Notes: a model not told the origin generated them from the letters alone. Shown: positions 41,477 through 56,402, numbered from the stretch's first letter. The stretch: 64,000 nucleotides of DNA from Eledone cirrhosa (GCA_964016885.1 OZ024751.1:36394001-36458000); one strand, 5' to 3'. Made by a program: numbers and translations.

Positions 41477-42982
41477 ATAACTCAGTAGATTTCCCTTTGT
41501 GTTAGCTCTCCATAATAGGGCGACACAATGGAATGTGCTGAGTATTGTGTGGTGGCACCATTACTTAAGTTGGTATTGTAGGGGGAGCAGGAGGTGGGGT
41601 AGAACGATAGAGAAAGGAAATAATAATAATAATAAGAGTAGTAGTAGTAATAGCTGTAGTAGAAATAGTAGTAGTAGTAGCGGTGGTGTTAGAAGAAGAA
41701 GAAGAAGAAGAAGAAGAAGAAGAAGAAGAAGAAGAAGAAGAAGAAGAAGAAGAAGAAGAAGAAGAAGAAGAAGAAGAAGAAGAAGAAGAAGAAGAAGAAG
41801 AAGAAGAAGAAGAAGAAGAAGAGGTAAGGTGAGAGAGAACGAGAAAGAAAGAGATAAGGAGAAAGATAGAAAAGGGTAATAAAAGAGATGAAGAGAGGGT
41901 GACGAGGGAAAAAGAGAGAGAGAGGGAGAGAGAGGGGGGGGGACAGCGAAAGGAGTAACAAACGAGATGGAGGAAGGGTGAGGGAGAAAGAGAGGGGGAG
42001 AGTGAGAGATAGAGAGAACAAAAGCGATGGAGGAAAGGTGAGGGAGAAAGAGAGGGGGAGAGAGAGAGAGAACAAAAGAGATGGAGGAAGGGTGAGGGAG
42101 AAAGAGAGGGGGAGAGAGAGAGAGAGAACAAAAGAGATGAAGGAAGGGTGAGGGAGAGAGAGAGAGAGATAGACAGAGAGAGACAGAGAGACAGAGAGAG
42201 AGATAATAAACGTCCAATCGATTTTCAAAGCTTTCATTCAATATAATATTGTATTATGTTATGTAGATGACTTTTTGTTAAAATGTTCTCTAGCAATTTC
42301 TCCGTTGTTCTCCGCCATTATAGCTTCTCACATTTAATGGAATACATTACCTATGAATCGTTCCCTCTTATTTAATACAAATAAACAAAAAGAAAACAGA
42401 ATTTTAAATGTTTCCTCCTTATTCTGTGTATATAAGTACGTCTGTGTGTGATTTCAGGAGTTATAAGGAGTTAGAGGCACAGGAAATATTCAGAAATGTA
42501 TAAGAAGTGTATAGGGACATTGGGGATGTGGAGAATAAGAATAAGAGACACATAAAATATATGTATAGGGGTGGATAAGTCCCTGTGTTGCTTCGATATT
42601 GAAAGACATACAGAAGATTTTGAAATGTATAGGGATTTTATAGCTACCTGTATGGTTTCGAGATTAAAGGAGACACAAAAGATTTAGGAATCTATAAGGG
42701 ATGTATAGGCACTTGTGTCATTTCGAATATGAGTAACACACAAAATATTTAGAAATCTGTATAAATATATAAGTAATGGCTAATCGACAGAGGAAATATT
42801 TTGGTTGATATATCACCAAATTACCTCACTAACATTTATACAGGTTAAAGCTTTCTGATGAGTTCGCATCTGAAGGTTTAATATTACGTAACAGGTACCA
42901 TGGAGATACTTATAAAATGTGTTACGTAATAAATAGAATATGTTAAATTATAACCTTATTTCCTTCTTATATATATATAAAT

Positions 42983-43140
42983 ATAAAATAAAATAAATAA
43001 GTCAAATGTTTAAAATTTAGCTTCGTTTATTACTGCTATATATATTTCGGTGACAGCCAAAGATGGCTGTCACCGAAATATATATAGCAGTAATAAACGA
43101 AGCTAAATTTTAAACATTTGACTTATTTATTTTATTTTAT
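42983..43140. repeat. Perfect palindrome, 77-bp arms, 4-nt loop
   Basis: 42983-43059 versus 43064-43140; loop aaga. Confidence 0.95.
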
Positions 43141-43234
43141 TTTACATTACTCCGGAGTAACCAAACCAACCTGCGCACTTCGTCGAGTGCTCCAATCTGC
43201 ATACTGAGGTGTTGGTATACAATCAACATATACT

Positions 43235-43277
<43 letters not shown>

Positions 43278-43745
43278 TGCTTCGAAAACTGAGATACTCG
43301 TTCTCTCAAAGAAGCCAACGCAATAATGCACTCTGCATGTGAATGGAGTTCCTCTGAAGCAGGAGGCTGAATTAAGTGCAAGTATTTCAGGAGATGGTGC
43401 AGTATTGCGCGAGCTTAAATAAAATATATAGTCGACATGAGGAAATATAAGTACTTAGGTCAGAATGTTCGCGTAAAATCCAGTCTATTAACTGGAACCA
43501 ATAAAACTTTGAATAATAAAATAATACAAGAATAATAACCATATGCCAAACCTCTCTGTCTAGTTGTCGCCATAACATCGACCTGGTCGTTTGGTAAATA
43601 ACATTAATATAATATAGATGGCGGCTGGTCATTAAATAGTTCCGAAATCTCGTTCCATAAGTCTCCACTGTTTGCTGGTAATCTGGGAAAAGCAAGGAAA
43701 ATAAGGTGATGATAATGATAATGGTGGTAATGATGATGATACTAA

Positions 43746-43843
<98 letters not shown>

Positions 43844-43897
43844 ATAATAATAGTAATAATAATAATAATAATTGTTTCTACTAATAATAATAATAAT

Positions 43898-44042
43898 GGC
43901 TTTCTTTATTAACCACAAGGGTTTACATAAAGTAGACATTAAGGACAGTACAGGACAATACAGGACGGTACAAATAGGCATTTCTGCGTGTAAAAAAAAA
44001 CAGAGGATGTAATAACAAATAATAAAAAAATAACAATGAAAA
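43898..44042 (-). mobile_element. 5'-truncated copy (3' UTR only) of the Tx1-like element
   Basis: Aligns by eye with 9165-9313 (tttctttattaaccacaagggtttacataaagtagacattaaggacag...); (AAT)n on both sides. Confidence 0.9.
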
Positions 44043-44381
44043 ATAATAATAATAATAATAATAATAAAATAAATAATAATAATAACCAGAACAATATCCA
44101 CAATGGTATTCGATATGCTCAATTCCATGTAGGGGAGAAAAAAATATTGTCTGTGGATCATTTTTGCCTCCTTGGCACCTAGACATCAAAGGGTGTATAT
44201 AGTCAGAGAAATACTCCAATAATAGTAATAACCCTAAATATTTACTATACACAACATGTCGGAGTCTGATAGACAGAAATCTTCTCTGATGTCGGCAACA
44301 GACAAACTACAATAATAACCACAACAACAATAACTATATCAAAACAAAGGTGATTACAACAAAATAAATAGAAGAGTGAAG

Positions 44382-44434
<53 letters not shown>

Positions 44435-44683
44435 AATAAGAAGAAGAATAAGAAGAATAATAATAAGAAGAAGATGAATAATAATAATAGGAGAGTAATT
44501 CCAGTTAATTTAATAAGTCGTAATCAGGAAGGAGAGACGGGGGGGGGGGGGTAGATCGATAAAAAGTATGTAAATGAAATTATTTTTAAAATAAAATAAA
44601 ATGAATAACAAAAACAAACAAATAAAATCAGAAAATATTATTACTGCTTTTACATTCTCTTTCATTCTTCCTTTATATATGAA

Positions 44684-44791
<108 letters not shown>

Positions 44792-44956
44792 TAGATGGAT
44801 AGATATGTGTGTGTGTGTATTTGTGTGAGACTATATATATATATTCGTATATGTTTATGTGTGTAAGTGTCCGCTATATATATATGTGTGTGTGTGTGTA
44901 TATGTATGTATCTATGTATGCATATGTATATATATATGTGTGTATATATATATATG

Positions 44957-45138
<182 letters not shown>

Positions 45139-45550
45139 GCTCCTTTGACTTTTACCTTCCGCAGACTCTATCTCTCTCCCACATATCCCTCCTTACTCTC
45201 CTCCCACCTCACTACTACCATCTGTTGCCCCACCCTCCCTCTCTTGTAATATCTCCCAGGTCTACTATAAAATCATTCCTTATTGCCAGATCGAATATGT
45301 TTTTCTACGCCAGAGGAGATCAGACCGATCTTTGGTTAATCAACTATGTTTTATTACACCACACAGCACAATACACCAAACACAACGCCTTTCCTTGACC
45401 TTACCTCCATTGTATGTGTGTGTATTTTATACATACATACACACATACACACACACATAGCGAAATCTTATTTCCTTTATATATATATATAGATCTTTTT
45501 TTTTTTATGTATGTATTACATATGTATGTGTTTATTATATATGTATGTGT

Positions 45551-45581
<31 letters not shown>

Positions 45582-45690
45582 ATGGCTTTGTGGTTAGGGT
45601 ATTCGTCTGACAATCGTAAGGTCGTGAGTTAGATTCCAGGCAGCACGTTGTTCCTTGAGCAAGACACTTTATTTCACATACTACCAATGC
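45582..45690 (+). mobile_element. Second tRNA-derived SINE family, 5' part
   Basis: tggctttgtggttagg (A box), gagttagattcc (B box), then ccttgagcaagacactttatttcac. Confidence 0.7.
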
Positions 45691-45712
45691 AACGCCCTTG
45701 TAAATAACTATT

Positions 45713-45897
45713 AATAATTGTTTCTTCTTTGGCAACAAGGCCAGCAAATACCCACAGTGTATTACTGGTACTTTATTTTATCGACCCTGTAAGGATGAAA
45801 GGCAAAGTTAACCTCGGTGGGATTTGAACTGTGAACGCAAAGGGACAAATTCTATGCTGAAAAGCATGTTGTCTGATGCTCTACCAATGCTGCCATC
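45713..45897 (-). mobile_element. Same SINE family, full length
   Basis: Reverse complement with A/B boxes, centre and tail. Confidence 0.8.
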
Positions 45898-46375
45898 ATA
45901 GTCGTTCACCATAAGTAATATTTCAAAATATGAGGCAGCTGCACCATGACAACACCCCGACTCATTCGTCACAGATGGTTTAAGATATCTAGGAGAAAAA
46001 AAAACAAAACATTTCGCACATTCATCGGGCTCCCTACTCTCCGGAAAAGGATCCCTCCGGCTTTGGGTTGTCCATGTAAATGAAGATACCACACCTCTAA
46101 AAGATGTGCTGTTTGAGAGGTGAGCGGACATGGGGTGGAGTACGATGCTGGAGCTATGAACCATTCCAAAGGAAGTTTTTCAGACGTGCTTCAAATACTG
46201 AAGGAATCACTGGGCTCAGTATGTGGAAACATAAGGGGCTTCCTTCCTATGAACCCCATCAAGTATGTAATGACTATCCCAGCCTAAGGTTGGATACCTT
46301 TCACGGCAAACCTCCTGTGTGATATGTGTGTATATATGTATATATATATGTGTGTGTGTGTGTGTGTATGGTGTG

Positions 46376-46456
<81 letters not shown>

Positions 46457-47025
46457 ATATATATATATATATATGGACGGTCAATTATGAAAAGAAACGG
46501 AAAACAATAAAAATTTATTAGATCAACGCTTGTATGAAAAGGAAAAAATATTTTTTTCAACGTTTTTGTATATATATATATATATATGTTTGTGTGTGTG
46601 TGTGTGTGTGTGCGTGAGTGTGTGAGTTCATGTGTGTGTGTTTGTGCATGTGCGTCTATATATGAGTTGTTGTTGCTGTTGTTATCTCAAAGATAAGGCC
46701 GCATGAAAAACCTCGTAAAAAACACAATGAATGAAACCTTCAAGATGAAACAAACTGAAGTTGCCGTTAATACGTTGCTGATAACCCTGAACTTTACTGT
46801 TCACTATTCTTTTATTACCTCGAATTTCTCTTTTGAGATTTGTGTTTATATATATATAATATGTATATATAATATATATGATTATATATATTATATATGT
46901 ACATAAATACTATATGTATATATAGTTATATTTATATACATATATATATAGCCATATAAACATATACATATATACCCGCTTTATATATATATAGTTATAT
47001 ATATAAATATACATATATAAACCCA

Positions 47026-47087
<62 letters not shown>

Positions 47088-47296
47088 ACAGGGAGAAAGA
47101 GACGATTATTAGGAAGAAAAATATATATATATATATTTTATATATAGTGTACTACACGGCACACGGCGACAAATCTCTTCTGACATCTAATTCTCTTGTA
47201 TACTTTAAAAACATATTTAAAATACCAAGCCACATTTCGTCCATTAATTCACGTGTATACTACACATGAAATTAACGGAGTGTAAAATATAAAAAG

Positions 47297-47515
47297 CAGG
47301 GGCGGTAGAAGCATTTCTGAATTGGGGAGGGGACCATATTAGGTCAATTTAATTGTAGTGATTAGTTTAGCCCTTTGCACTCTAAAATGGCCAGAAAACA
47401 TGTGATAAACATAACATGTGCATAAATGTTAGCGCATATACAAACAGATGTGTGTTTTCGTATTTTGGGGAGCATTGGAGGGGAGCATACCGCGCCAACA
47501 CTTCTACCGCCATTG
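47297..47515. mobile_element. MITE with 15-bp TIRs (hAT-like CAG end)
   Basis: caggggcggtagaag ... cttctaccgccattg; no clear TSD. Confidence 0.7.
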
Positions 47516-47952
47516 TATACATAGAATTAAAAAGGGATTATGATTTGTGCTCTTTCCTAAGGGGTTCATATATCGAGCTTCTTCGCATTTGTTCAGAAAC
47601 TGGTATTATACCCAATTTATTCATCTCCTATATATTTAGCGTGGCCCTTAACAATAGATAATTTTCCGAAAGTTAACCACTCATATATGTTTATACCACT
47701 GCTTTTAATGAACCACGGTTCATTAAAATCAGTGGTATAACATATATGAGAGAGTATGTGAGCTAAAGTGCACGTATATATATATAATTAGGGTGGCCCT
47801 TAGCAATAGGTAAGTTTCCGAAAAGTTGTGTTCCCACCCCCTTATCCTCTTCCAATCTAGAAAAAACGGAGTGTGCAAAATTTCAGCTCAATTGGACAAC
47901 TGTTAGGCGACCCTCAAACGCCTTGAAGTTGGAACATAGTATTCTTGTGAAG

Positions 47953-48435
47953 CTAAACTCCGCCAGTTGCAGAATGCGCATAAACATATGATATCTCTCT
48001 TCACAAAGTTCGATCACCAGCAGCAGAGTTCAAAGAGCAAAGATCAAGTCCTGTCCATAAGTTAACATTGTCAACCCATTGTTTTGGCTGCTGGCCTCTG
48101 CTTCTCTTACCAGTCAACCTTCCTTCCAGACATAACCTACTCAGACTACAAGTTGATCTTTTTATATGGCCGTATAGTTTGATGTAATTGGTCTAAGTTT
48201 GGTAATGTTGAGCAGCTCACTGATACGGTCGCTGAGCCGCTTGCCAGTCATAACATCTCATGATGTTGGGCAGCTTTCAACAAGAACAAGGAAGTGCTAA
48301 CATCAAAACTAGTTTCCTATCATTTGAGGGATAAGATCTTTGATACTTACACCCTACCAGTTATCTTATATGGTCTTGACTGTGTCAATTGGACGAGAAG
48401 GTCACTTCAGAAGCTCTCTACATTCCGGAACATAG
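47953..48435 (-). mobile_element. RTE-clade LINE fragment with 5' inversion
   Basis: Minus 48262-47953: MTGKRLSDRIS...KLYGHIKRS...LEGRLTGKRSRG...WVDNV..WTG. Plus 48264-48435: WAAFNKNKEVLTSK...KIFDTYTLPVILYGLD...QKLSTFRN. Confidence 0.8.
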
Positions 48436-48687
48436 TATACGCAACGATTAATTCTGATCAAAAGCGAAATACTGTTCTCTATCTCGACCATTGTCTTTTT
48501 TCTTCTTAGAGAAATATATGTGGACACATCCAGGCAATTCCAGAGAATGTATATATATACATTGCATATATATATATAACCACATACTGATATATGTATA
48601 TATGCTACTCTCCTCCTCATCATCCAATGTGTGTGTATATATATTTATTTATATATGTATATGTATCTATCTATCTATAGATATCTA

Positions 48688-48813
<126 letters not shown>

Positions 48814-48893
48814 AGAGAGAGAGAGAGAAAGAGAGAGAAAGAGAGGTAGGGACAAAGACATATATATACATATACATACATATACATACATAT

Positions 48894-48969
<76 letters not shown>

Positions 48970-49548
48970 TGTATGTACTGTGTACTCTGTGATGATTTAG
49001 AGACCAAAAAATTTCCAAAAGAATGAAAAAAGAAGCTGGACTGGATAGAGGGAAGATGGGGAATTAAACATAGATAAAGAGAGCATTGTTTGAAAATAAA
49101 TCTAAAAGAAAATCATGGTAAATAATAACCCCCTCAAAATATTAAATAAACGCCATATCCGAGATATTCCCTACAGACTCCATTCCTATCGCAAATGGAC
49201 GCTCCCTACTTATAGCATTGCTAAACAGCAAGATTAGGTTATTAAAGGAATATGATTGGTCGGCATTACAACAGATATATTACAGCTTTCTATCAAGATA
49301 CTCTAGGGTTCTGCAACTAATTCCAACGCTACGTTGTCTTCACTGGACGCCACAAGCTTGTTTATCGCCATACTTTATACTTATCAGCATTAATCTTCAT
49401 GCTTCCGTTTTTTTGTTGTTGTTGTTGTTTTTATGTTATATGTGTATGGGCGTATACACACATACACATACACACATACACACTCATATATATATACACA
49501 ATACATATTTTCTCTTGTTGTCTCTCTCTCTCTATCTATCTCTCTCTC

Positions 49549-49589
<41 letters not shown>

Positions 49590-49711
49590 ATTCATATGTG
49601 TGTGTGTATGTATATATATATAAACAATTAGACACACACACGATTATATATGCATATATGTATTGGTTTGTGTACATAAAGATATAGAGTGTACCAGGAT
49701 GATAATGAAAT

Positions 49712-50175
49712 ATGTTGGTGTATATTGTAATGTTTTTTTGTATTGTTGGTGTGTACTGTAATGTTTTGCTGTATTGTTGGTGTGTACTGTAGTGTTTTGC
49801 TGTATTGTTGGTGTGTACTGTAATGTTTTGCTGTATTGTTGGTGTGTACTGTAATGTTTTGCTGTATTGTTGGTGTGTACTGTAATGTTTTGCTGTATTG
49901 TTGGTGTGTACTGTAATGTTTTGCTGTATTGTTGGTGTGTACTGTAATGTTTTGATGTATTGTTGGTGTGTACTGTAGTGTTTTGCTGTTTTGTTGGTGT
50001 GTACTGTAGTGTTTTGCTGTATTGTTGGTGTGTACTGTAGTGTTTTGCTGTATTGTTGGTGTGTACTGTAGTGTTTTGCTGTTTTGTTGGTGTGTACTGT
50101 AGTGTTTTGCTGTATTGTTGGTGTGTACTGTAGTGTTTTGCTGTTTTGTTGGTGTGTACTGTAATGTTTTGCTGT
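49712..50175. repeat. 31-bp minisatellite, ~15 copies
   Basis: Unit gtattgttggtgtgtactgta(a/g)tgttttgct. Confidence 0.95.
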
Positions 50176-50311
50176 GTATCTTCAAGTCTGCATGTTCATA
50201 GAAGATAATCCCAACTCTCTATTTCTACATGAATACTTACGTCTGTTGAGCTGCATGCTTATTCCTGCCGAAAATATCTGTTAGTCTTACATAGAGATCT
50301 ATCTCGTATTA

Positions 50312-50386
<75 letters not shown>

Positions 50387-50537
50387 TATTTATTTATTAT
50401 ATTATACTAGTATGCAACCCGGTACCGGATACTTTTACAGCAATAAACTCCCCCTTAATCATTGACCAACCACCAATATCTAGCTGTAGAGAATGTTGTG
50501 ACAATTTCGGTGCCCCAGCATGACTATATATATATAA

Positions 50538-50587
<50 letters not shown>

Positions 50588-50717
50588 GAAGTTATATTTA
50601 ATTTGTTGGGATTCAACAAGCTTAAAAGTGTTATAACTGATATAAAGCACTCAACAGTTACTGGAGTAAATATTCAATTTATTAATAAATGGAAACTATA
50701 TTTATAAAACCATAATT

Positions 50718-50780
50718 ATTTTATTATATATATTTCAAGGGAAACCAAGGCAATTTTGGTGCGCTTTCATCAGATAAAAT
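50718..50780 (-). ncRNA. Minimal type I hammerhead ribozyme motif
   Basis: Minus strand ATTTTAT-CTGATGA-AAG..ACCAA..TTGGT..CTT-GAAA-TATATA-TA-ATAAAAT: perfect 7-bp stem I, palindromic helix III. Confidence 0.75.
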
Positions 50781-50870
50781 ACAAAATATGTTTTATAAAT
50801 GTTGACATACCCGTAGAAAAACAACCTTGACGGTTGAAGGTTCGCTGGATAGTCATATATATATATATAA

Positions 50871-50910
<40 letters not shown>

Positions 50911-52397
50911 GTCAAGTCGTTATGCATTTAATCCAACGCTATTTTGTTTGTTCATTTTAACCACTTTTTAAATATATTACAAATTATGTTGATTGAAGAT
51001 CAAAGATTTTAAGAAAAAGTGTATATTCGATTCATTTATAAACCTATACATAAACACTAATATTTATTTTATATCGATACTAGAGTGATGAAAGTTAAAT
51101 ATCACTACGGCTGGATTTGACCTCAAGATGTGCAAGGTCAGAATTTTAATACTATATAAATCATTTAAACTTGCGTCTTCATCTTTTTGCTACTCACTGA
51201 ACCAACACGCTATCATCACTCTTCTTATTGTCTTATAATTAAATTTTACCCTTTTAATTAAACTGACGATCATTACGAAACATTATGTCCATAAAGGTGA
51301 CAAAATTATATATGACACTCATTAATATAATGCTTTATGTTGGAAACAATTATGCTTATTACTTAACCTTGTTTCCTTCCTCATCAAAGAAAGCCAGAGT
51401 TTTTAGTCAGAAGACATCAATAACGAATCTTTTTTGCTGGTGGGTTTTCCTTTTTTTTTTCTTTTTTTAGTCAATGAAATTTGTAAAGTTACTGAAATAT
51501 ATACTAAAATCTTTGATATCATTTAATTGATACAATACAGGATAAATAAATATAGTTAATTTTTTCGACTTTTCCCGATCTGAGGTATTTATTCATCAAT
51601 GGGGGAGGGGTTAATAAATGTTATTCCGCAGTGAAAGAGTCCCTAGCATCCAGTGCTGATCTGTTTCGGGATATTGAAGTATTAACAGTTAATATCTCCT
51701 TTAGATACAAACCCTATCATATGGCAACTATTGCCAGATGATTTGGTACCTATGTAACTAAGAAAAAACTATGACAGGGAAGCTGAGTGGAAATATTGCA
51801 AAAATGTCATCCGAACAGGGAATCAAACACACAACATTTAGGATCATCAGCCAAACGTCCTAACCACAATGGTACATTATTTTCATCAGAACTGTTGTCA
51901 ATACCACGTTCTATCATAGTCCGTATGGTGTGTATTTAGCAAAAATGCTACATATTTGCCCATATAGAATCTTTGATAAGTAGGTTGTACTTATTTTTAA
52001 GAGGTTGTACTTATTTTTACATAAGACGTTGTATATTTATATTCATCTTTAACAATATCCATGCACGACGTTGTATATTTTTGTCTGTGATGAGTATATC
52101 ATATATAACATGTTATATTTTTTAACACGTAACGAGTATTTTTGGTCACGAGACACATTTTTGTCCCAATGGAGTATCTTATTTATCAAACGTTATTATT
52201 TTTGTCGATAACTACAAATTCCCTTTTGGTAGAAATAAGATATATTGATGTCATGATCTCATTTTTGTGATGTTGTAACATCATAATATGATTTCATGAC
52301 CTCATCACGGAAACAAAGAGATAAAATATGTGAAATATATATATATATATATATATACACCCATACATATGCATATATATATATATATATATACCCA

Positions 52398-52586
<189 letters not shown>

Positions 52587-52618
52587 ATATATATATATAT
52601 ATATACGCATATATATGC

Positions 52619-52649
<31 letters not shown>

Positions 52650-53156
52650 CATATATATGTATGTATAAATAAATATATATACACATATATACATATATAC
52701 ATATATATGTATGTGTGTGTGAGAGAGAGTGTGTCTGTCGGTGTGTGTGTGTGTGTGTGTAAGTGCAAGTGTGTCTATCTGTCTGTCTGTCTGTGTGAGG
52801 GAATGAATAAATGCTTGCTTTCGTTATTAAATGTAATTCCTTGCATAGGACTTTAGTGAGATGATGGGAGCAGTAAAAGACCCACAGTTAACAACAAAGG
52901 GCTCTCTCCCTATTCACATTTCGATTCCCATACGAAATAGGCATTCGATGAAATACAGTAGCAATCAATTATTGAAGTCGAGCAAATATCGATTTTTCTT
53001 CACCCGTAAAATTGATGGAGTTATTCCTAAATTAGAAATCATAAGGTTTAGTGGATTGGAAGAAACCTCAGTGTGTCCAACAAATTTCATGGCGGCATTT
53101 GTTTTGGTTCTTTCAGTACCAGTAATGCATTGAGGTCGATTGTTATTATTGTTGTC

Positions 53157-53378
53157 AAGGTGGTGGCCTGGCAGTATAGGTAGGGCGACGGACAACATGC
53201 TTTGGGTATATAGTTACGTCCATTTCTTTACGCTCTGAGTTCAAATCCCACCGAGGTAAGTTGTGTCTTTCATCCTTACGGGGTCAATAAAATAAAGTAC
53301 CAGTAACGCACTGGGGTCGATTTAATCGACTTTTCCCCCAAGCCAAAAAATGGTTGGCCTTGTGCCTAAAGTAGAAAT
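53157..53378 (+). mobile_element. Same SINE family, full length
   Basis: tggcagtatagg...gagttcaaatcccaccgagg...gccttgtgcctaaagtagaaa. Confidence 0.8.
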
Positions 53379-54668
53379 CAGTATCATTTTTGTTATTCTC
53401 ATTGTTGCTATTGTTGTTGTTCTTGCTGTTGTTGTTGGTGGTGGTGGTGGTGCTGTTGTTGTTGGTGGTGGTGGTGCTGTTGTTGTTGGTGGTGGCGGTG
53501 GTGTTGGTGATGGTGGTGCTGGTGGAGGTATTGGTGGTGCTGGTGGTGGTGGTGATGGTGGTGGTGGTGGTGGTGGTATTGGTGATGGTTGAGGTAATGG
53601 TGGTGTTGGTGGTGGTGATAGTTGAGGTATTGGTGGTGGTGGTGGTGGTGGTGGTGATAGTGGAGGTATTGGTGGTGCTGGTGGTGGTGGTGATGGAGGT
53701 ATTGGTGGTGATGGTGGTGGAGGTATTGGTGGTGGTGGTGGTGGTGATGGTGGAGGTATTGGTGGTGGTGGTGATGATGATGGAGGTATTGGTGGTGATG
53801 GTGGTGGTGGTGGTTGAGGTATTGGTGGTGATGGTGGTGGAGGTATTGGTGGTGGTGGTGGTGATGGTGGAGGTATTGGTGGTGGTGGTGGTGGTGGTGA
53901 TAGTGGAGGTATTGGTGGTGGTGGTGGTGATGGTGGAGGTATTGGTGGTGATTATGGTGGTGGTGATGGAGGTATTGGTGGTGGTGGTGGTGGTGGTGGT
54001 GGAGGTATTGGTGGTGGTGGTGGTGGTGGTGATGGTGGAGGTATTGGTGGTGCTGGTGGTGGTGATGGTGGAGGTGGTGGTGGTGGTGGTGGTGGTGGTG
54101 GTGGTGGTGGTGGTGGTGGTGGTGGTGGTGATGGTGGAGGTATTGGTGGTGGTGATGGTGGAGGTATTGGTGGTGGTGATGGTGGTGGTGGTAGTGGTGA
54201 GGTTGGTCCTGTTTTCTTCTTCTTCTGTTACCCTCTTCAATGCATGTATTAGTGTTTGATACATAAGGAACTCTCTAGTTTAGAAACAACGGAAGTTGTG
54301 AAGACTTTGAAAACTCAATAAACTTTGTCTTTCAACTTTGGAAATGTTCATTTCATTGATATTTCCCACACGTTTTCTCATTTCATTTTTTGTTTTCTTC
54401 TTTGGCCTGGAATTGATTCTGGTGGGTTTTTTTATTTTATTTCTTTTATTTATTTATTTGTTTGTTCTTCTTATATACATTGCTGTTGCTATTGTTCCAT
54501 ATAAGGCTGTTGTAGCTGTTGTAGTTGTTGTAGTTGTTGTAGTTGTTGTGGTTGTCGCTTTTTTTGTTATTGTTGTTATTGTTGTTTTTGCTGTTACTTT
54601 TTTTCGTGCTGTTGTTATTGTTTATTGTTATTAATGATGTTATTTTTATTTCCATTCTTTTTTTTTCG

Positions 54669-54703
<35 letters not shown>

Positions 54704-55759
54704 GCTGCTGTTGCTGATATTGTTGTTACTGTTGTTGCTGTTATTGTTATTACTGTTGTTGCTGTTTATTTTTTTTCTTTGCTGTTGCTATCGTTGTTGT
54801 TATTATTGCTATAGTTGCTACTGTTGTTGTTGTTACTGTTGTTGTTACTGTTGTTGTTACTGTTGTTGCTGTTGTTGTTGTTACTGTTGTTGTTGTTGTT
54901 GCTGGTGTTGTTGCATATCTTGCTATTTTCTCTAATGTTCTTAGTGCTCTCTTTGCTGCAACTGTTGTTACTGTTGTTGTTGCTGATAGTGTTTTATTGT
55001 TGTCATTGTTGTTGTTATTTTTGTTGCTTTTGTTATTGGTGTTGTTGTTGTTGTATATATTTCATTTCGTGTCTATGTTTTATGTGCATTTCCTGTGTTT
55101 GTTTCAGTATTCGTACTTTACACCAGTTGGAGGTGCAGTAATTGCATTCCTCTATATTATTGTTGTTGTTATTGCTGTTGTTGTTATTGCTGCTGTAATT
55201 GTTGTTGTTATTGCTGCTGTTATTGTTGTTGTTATTGCTGCTGGTATTGTTGTTGTTATTGCTGCTGTTATTGTTGTTGTTATTGCTGCTGTTATTGCTG
55301 TTGTTGTTGCTGCTGTTATTGCTGTTGTTGTTATTGCTATTGTTGTTGTAGTTACTATTGTTGCTATTGCTGTTGTTGCTGCTGTTGTTGTTATTGCTGC
55401 TGTTGGTGTAGTTTTTGTTGTTGTTGTTACAGCTGTTGTTGCTGTTTTCGTTGCTGTTTTTCTTGCTGTTTTTCTTGCTGTTGTTGTTGTGTATTGTGTT
55501 TCTGTTTTTGATAGCGATAGGTTTAAGTTCGTTTTTAGATTATATTGTTGTTTACTTCTTGTATTGTTATTGTTGTTGTGTTTTTAATTTTTCGTAGGGG
55601 GAGGGGAGGGGGGTTACCACTCTCAGCAACTTTTTCAGATGTGTTACTTAGAAGGTTGTCTGAACATCATGGCTAACCAGACTACAGTTTAACATGTACT
55701 AGTGCCTAAAACAAAAAAGGTCTAAAGTCTGTCTCGTGTCCGGAAGTTCATCAGACCGA

Positions 55760-55965
55760 TGTTTATCCTGGTTTCTGTGACGTTAAGCGATTGAGAGTAC
55801 CAGACTTCCCCCTGTACAGAACGCCAGGCCATCTCATGGTTAAACTCTCAGCTATTACTAGTACTGTACTCGTTTTCAGTTGAATATACAGGAGTATTGT
55901 GAAATGAAGTGTCTTGTCCCAGGTCACAACCCTTTTAAGAAATCGAACCCGCGATGTTTAACACA
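55760..55965 (-). mobile_element. Degenerate tRNA-derived SINE
   Basis: Minus strand gggttcgatttc (B box) ... gacaagacacttcatttcac, resembling 45582-45690. Confidence 0.55.
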
Positions 55966-56070
55966 CCATTTAGTTAAACAGAGCCCCGACACCGCCCAGA
56001 AATGTAATGGTTCATTATATGATAGGCTGAACATATTCCTTCTCCCTTTCCATCCTTCCTCCCTTCCTTT

Positions 56071-56143
<73 letters not shown>

Positions 56144-56247
56144 CTAGCTATTTCTCTGCTTTACTATGTCTCTCTCTGTTTGTCTCTCCCTCCCTCCTCT
56201 CACTCTTTCTCTTTCTCTCTCTTTATATATATATATGTGTGTGTGTG

Positions 56248-56318
<71 letters not shown>

Positions 56319-56402
56319 CATAATTCTAAATGTATATATACAGGAATATTAATTTCCCATTAAATTCTTAGCACTTAAGTGCTAAGAATTTACTGGGTGT
56401 GA

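Noticed and set aside
44085-44205. Complex segment translating PEQYPQWYSICSIPCRGEKNIVCGSF
   Set aside because: No splice signals or known motif; open frames on both strands are uninformative at this length.
49712-50175. 31-bp periodic array as a possible CRISPR
   Set aside because: Units are contiguous with no unique spacers, no cas genes, eukaryotic context.
53284-54264. Mucin-like Thr-rich 326-aa ORF
   Set aside because: Degenerate (ACC)n tract running into a SINE; no signal peptide or exon support.
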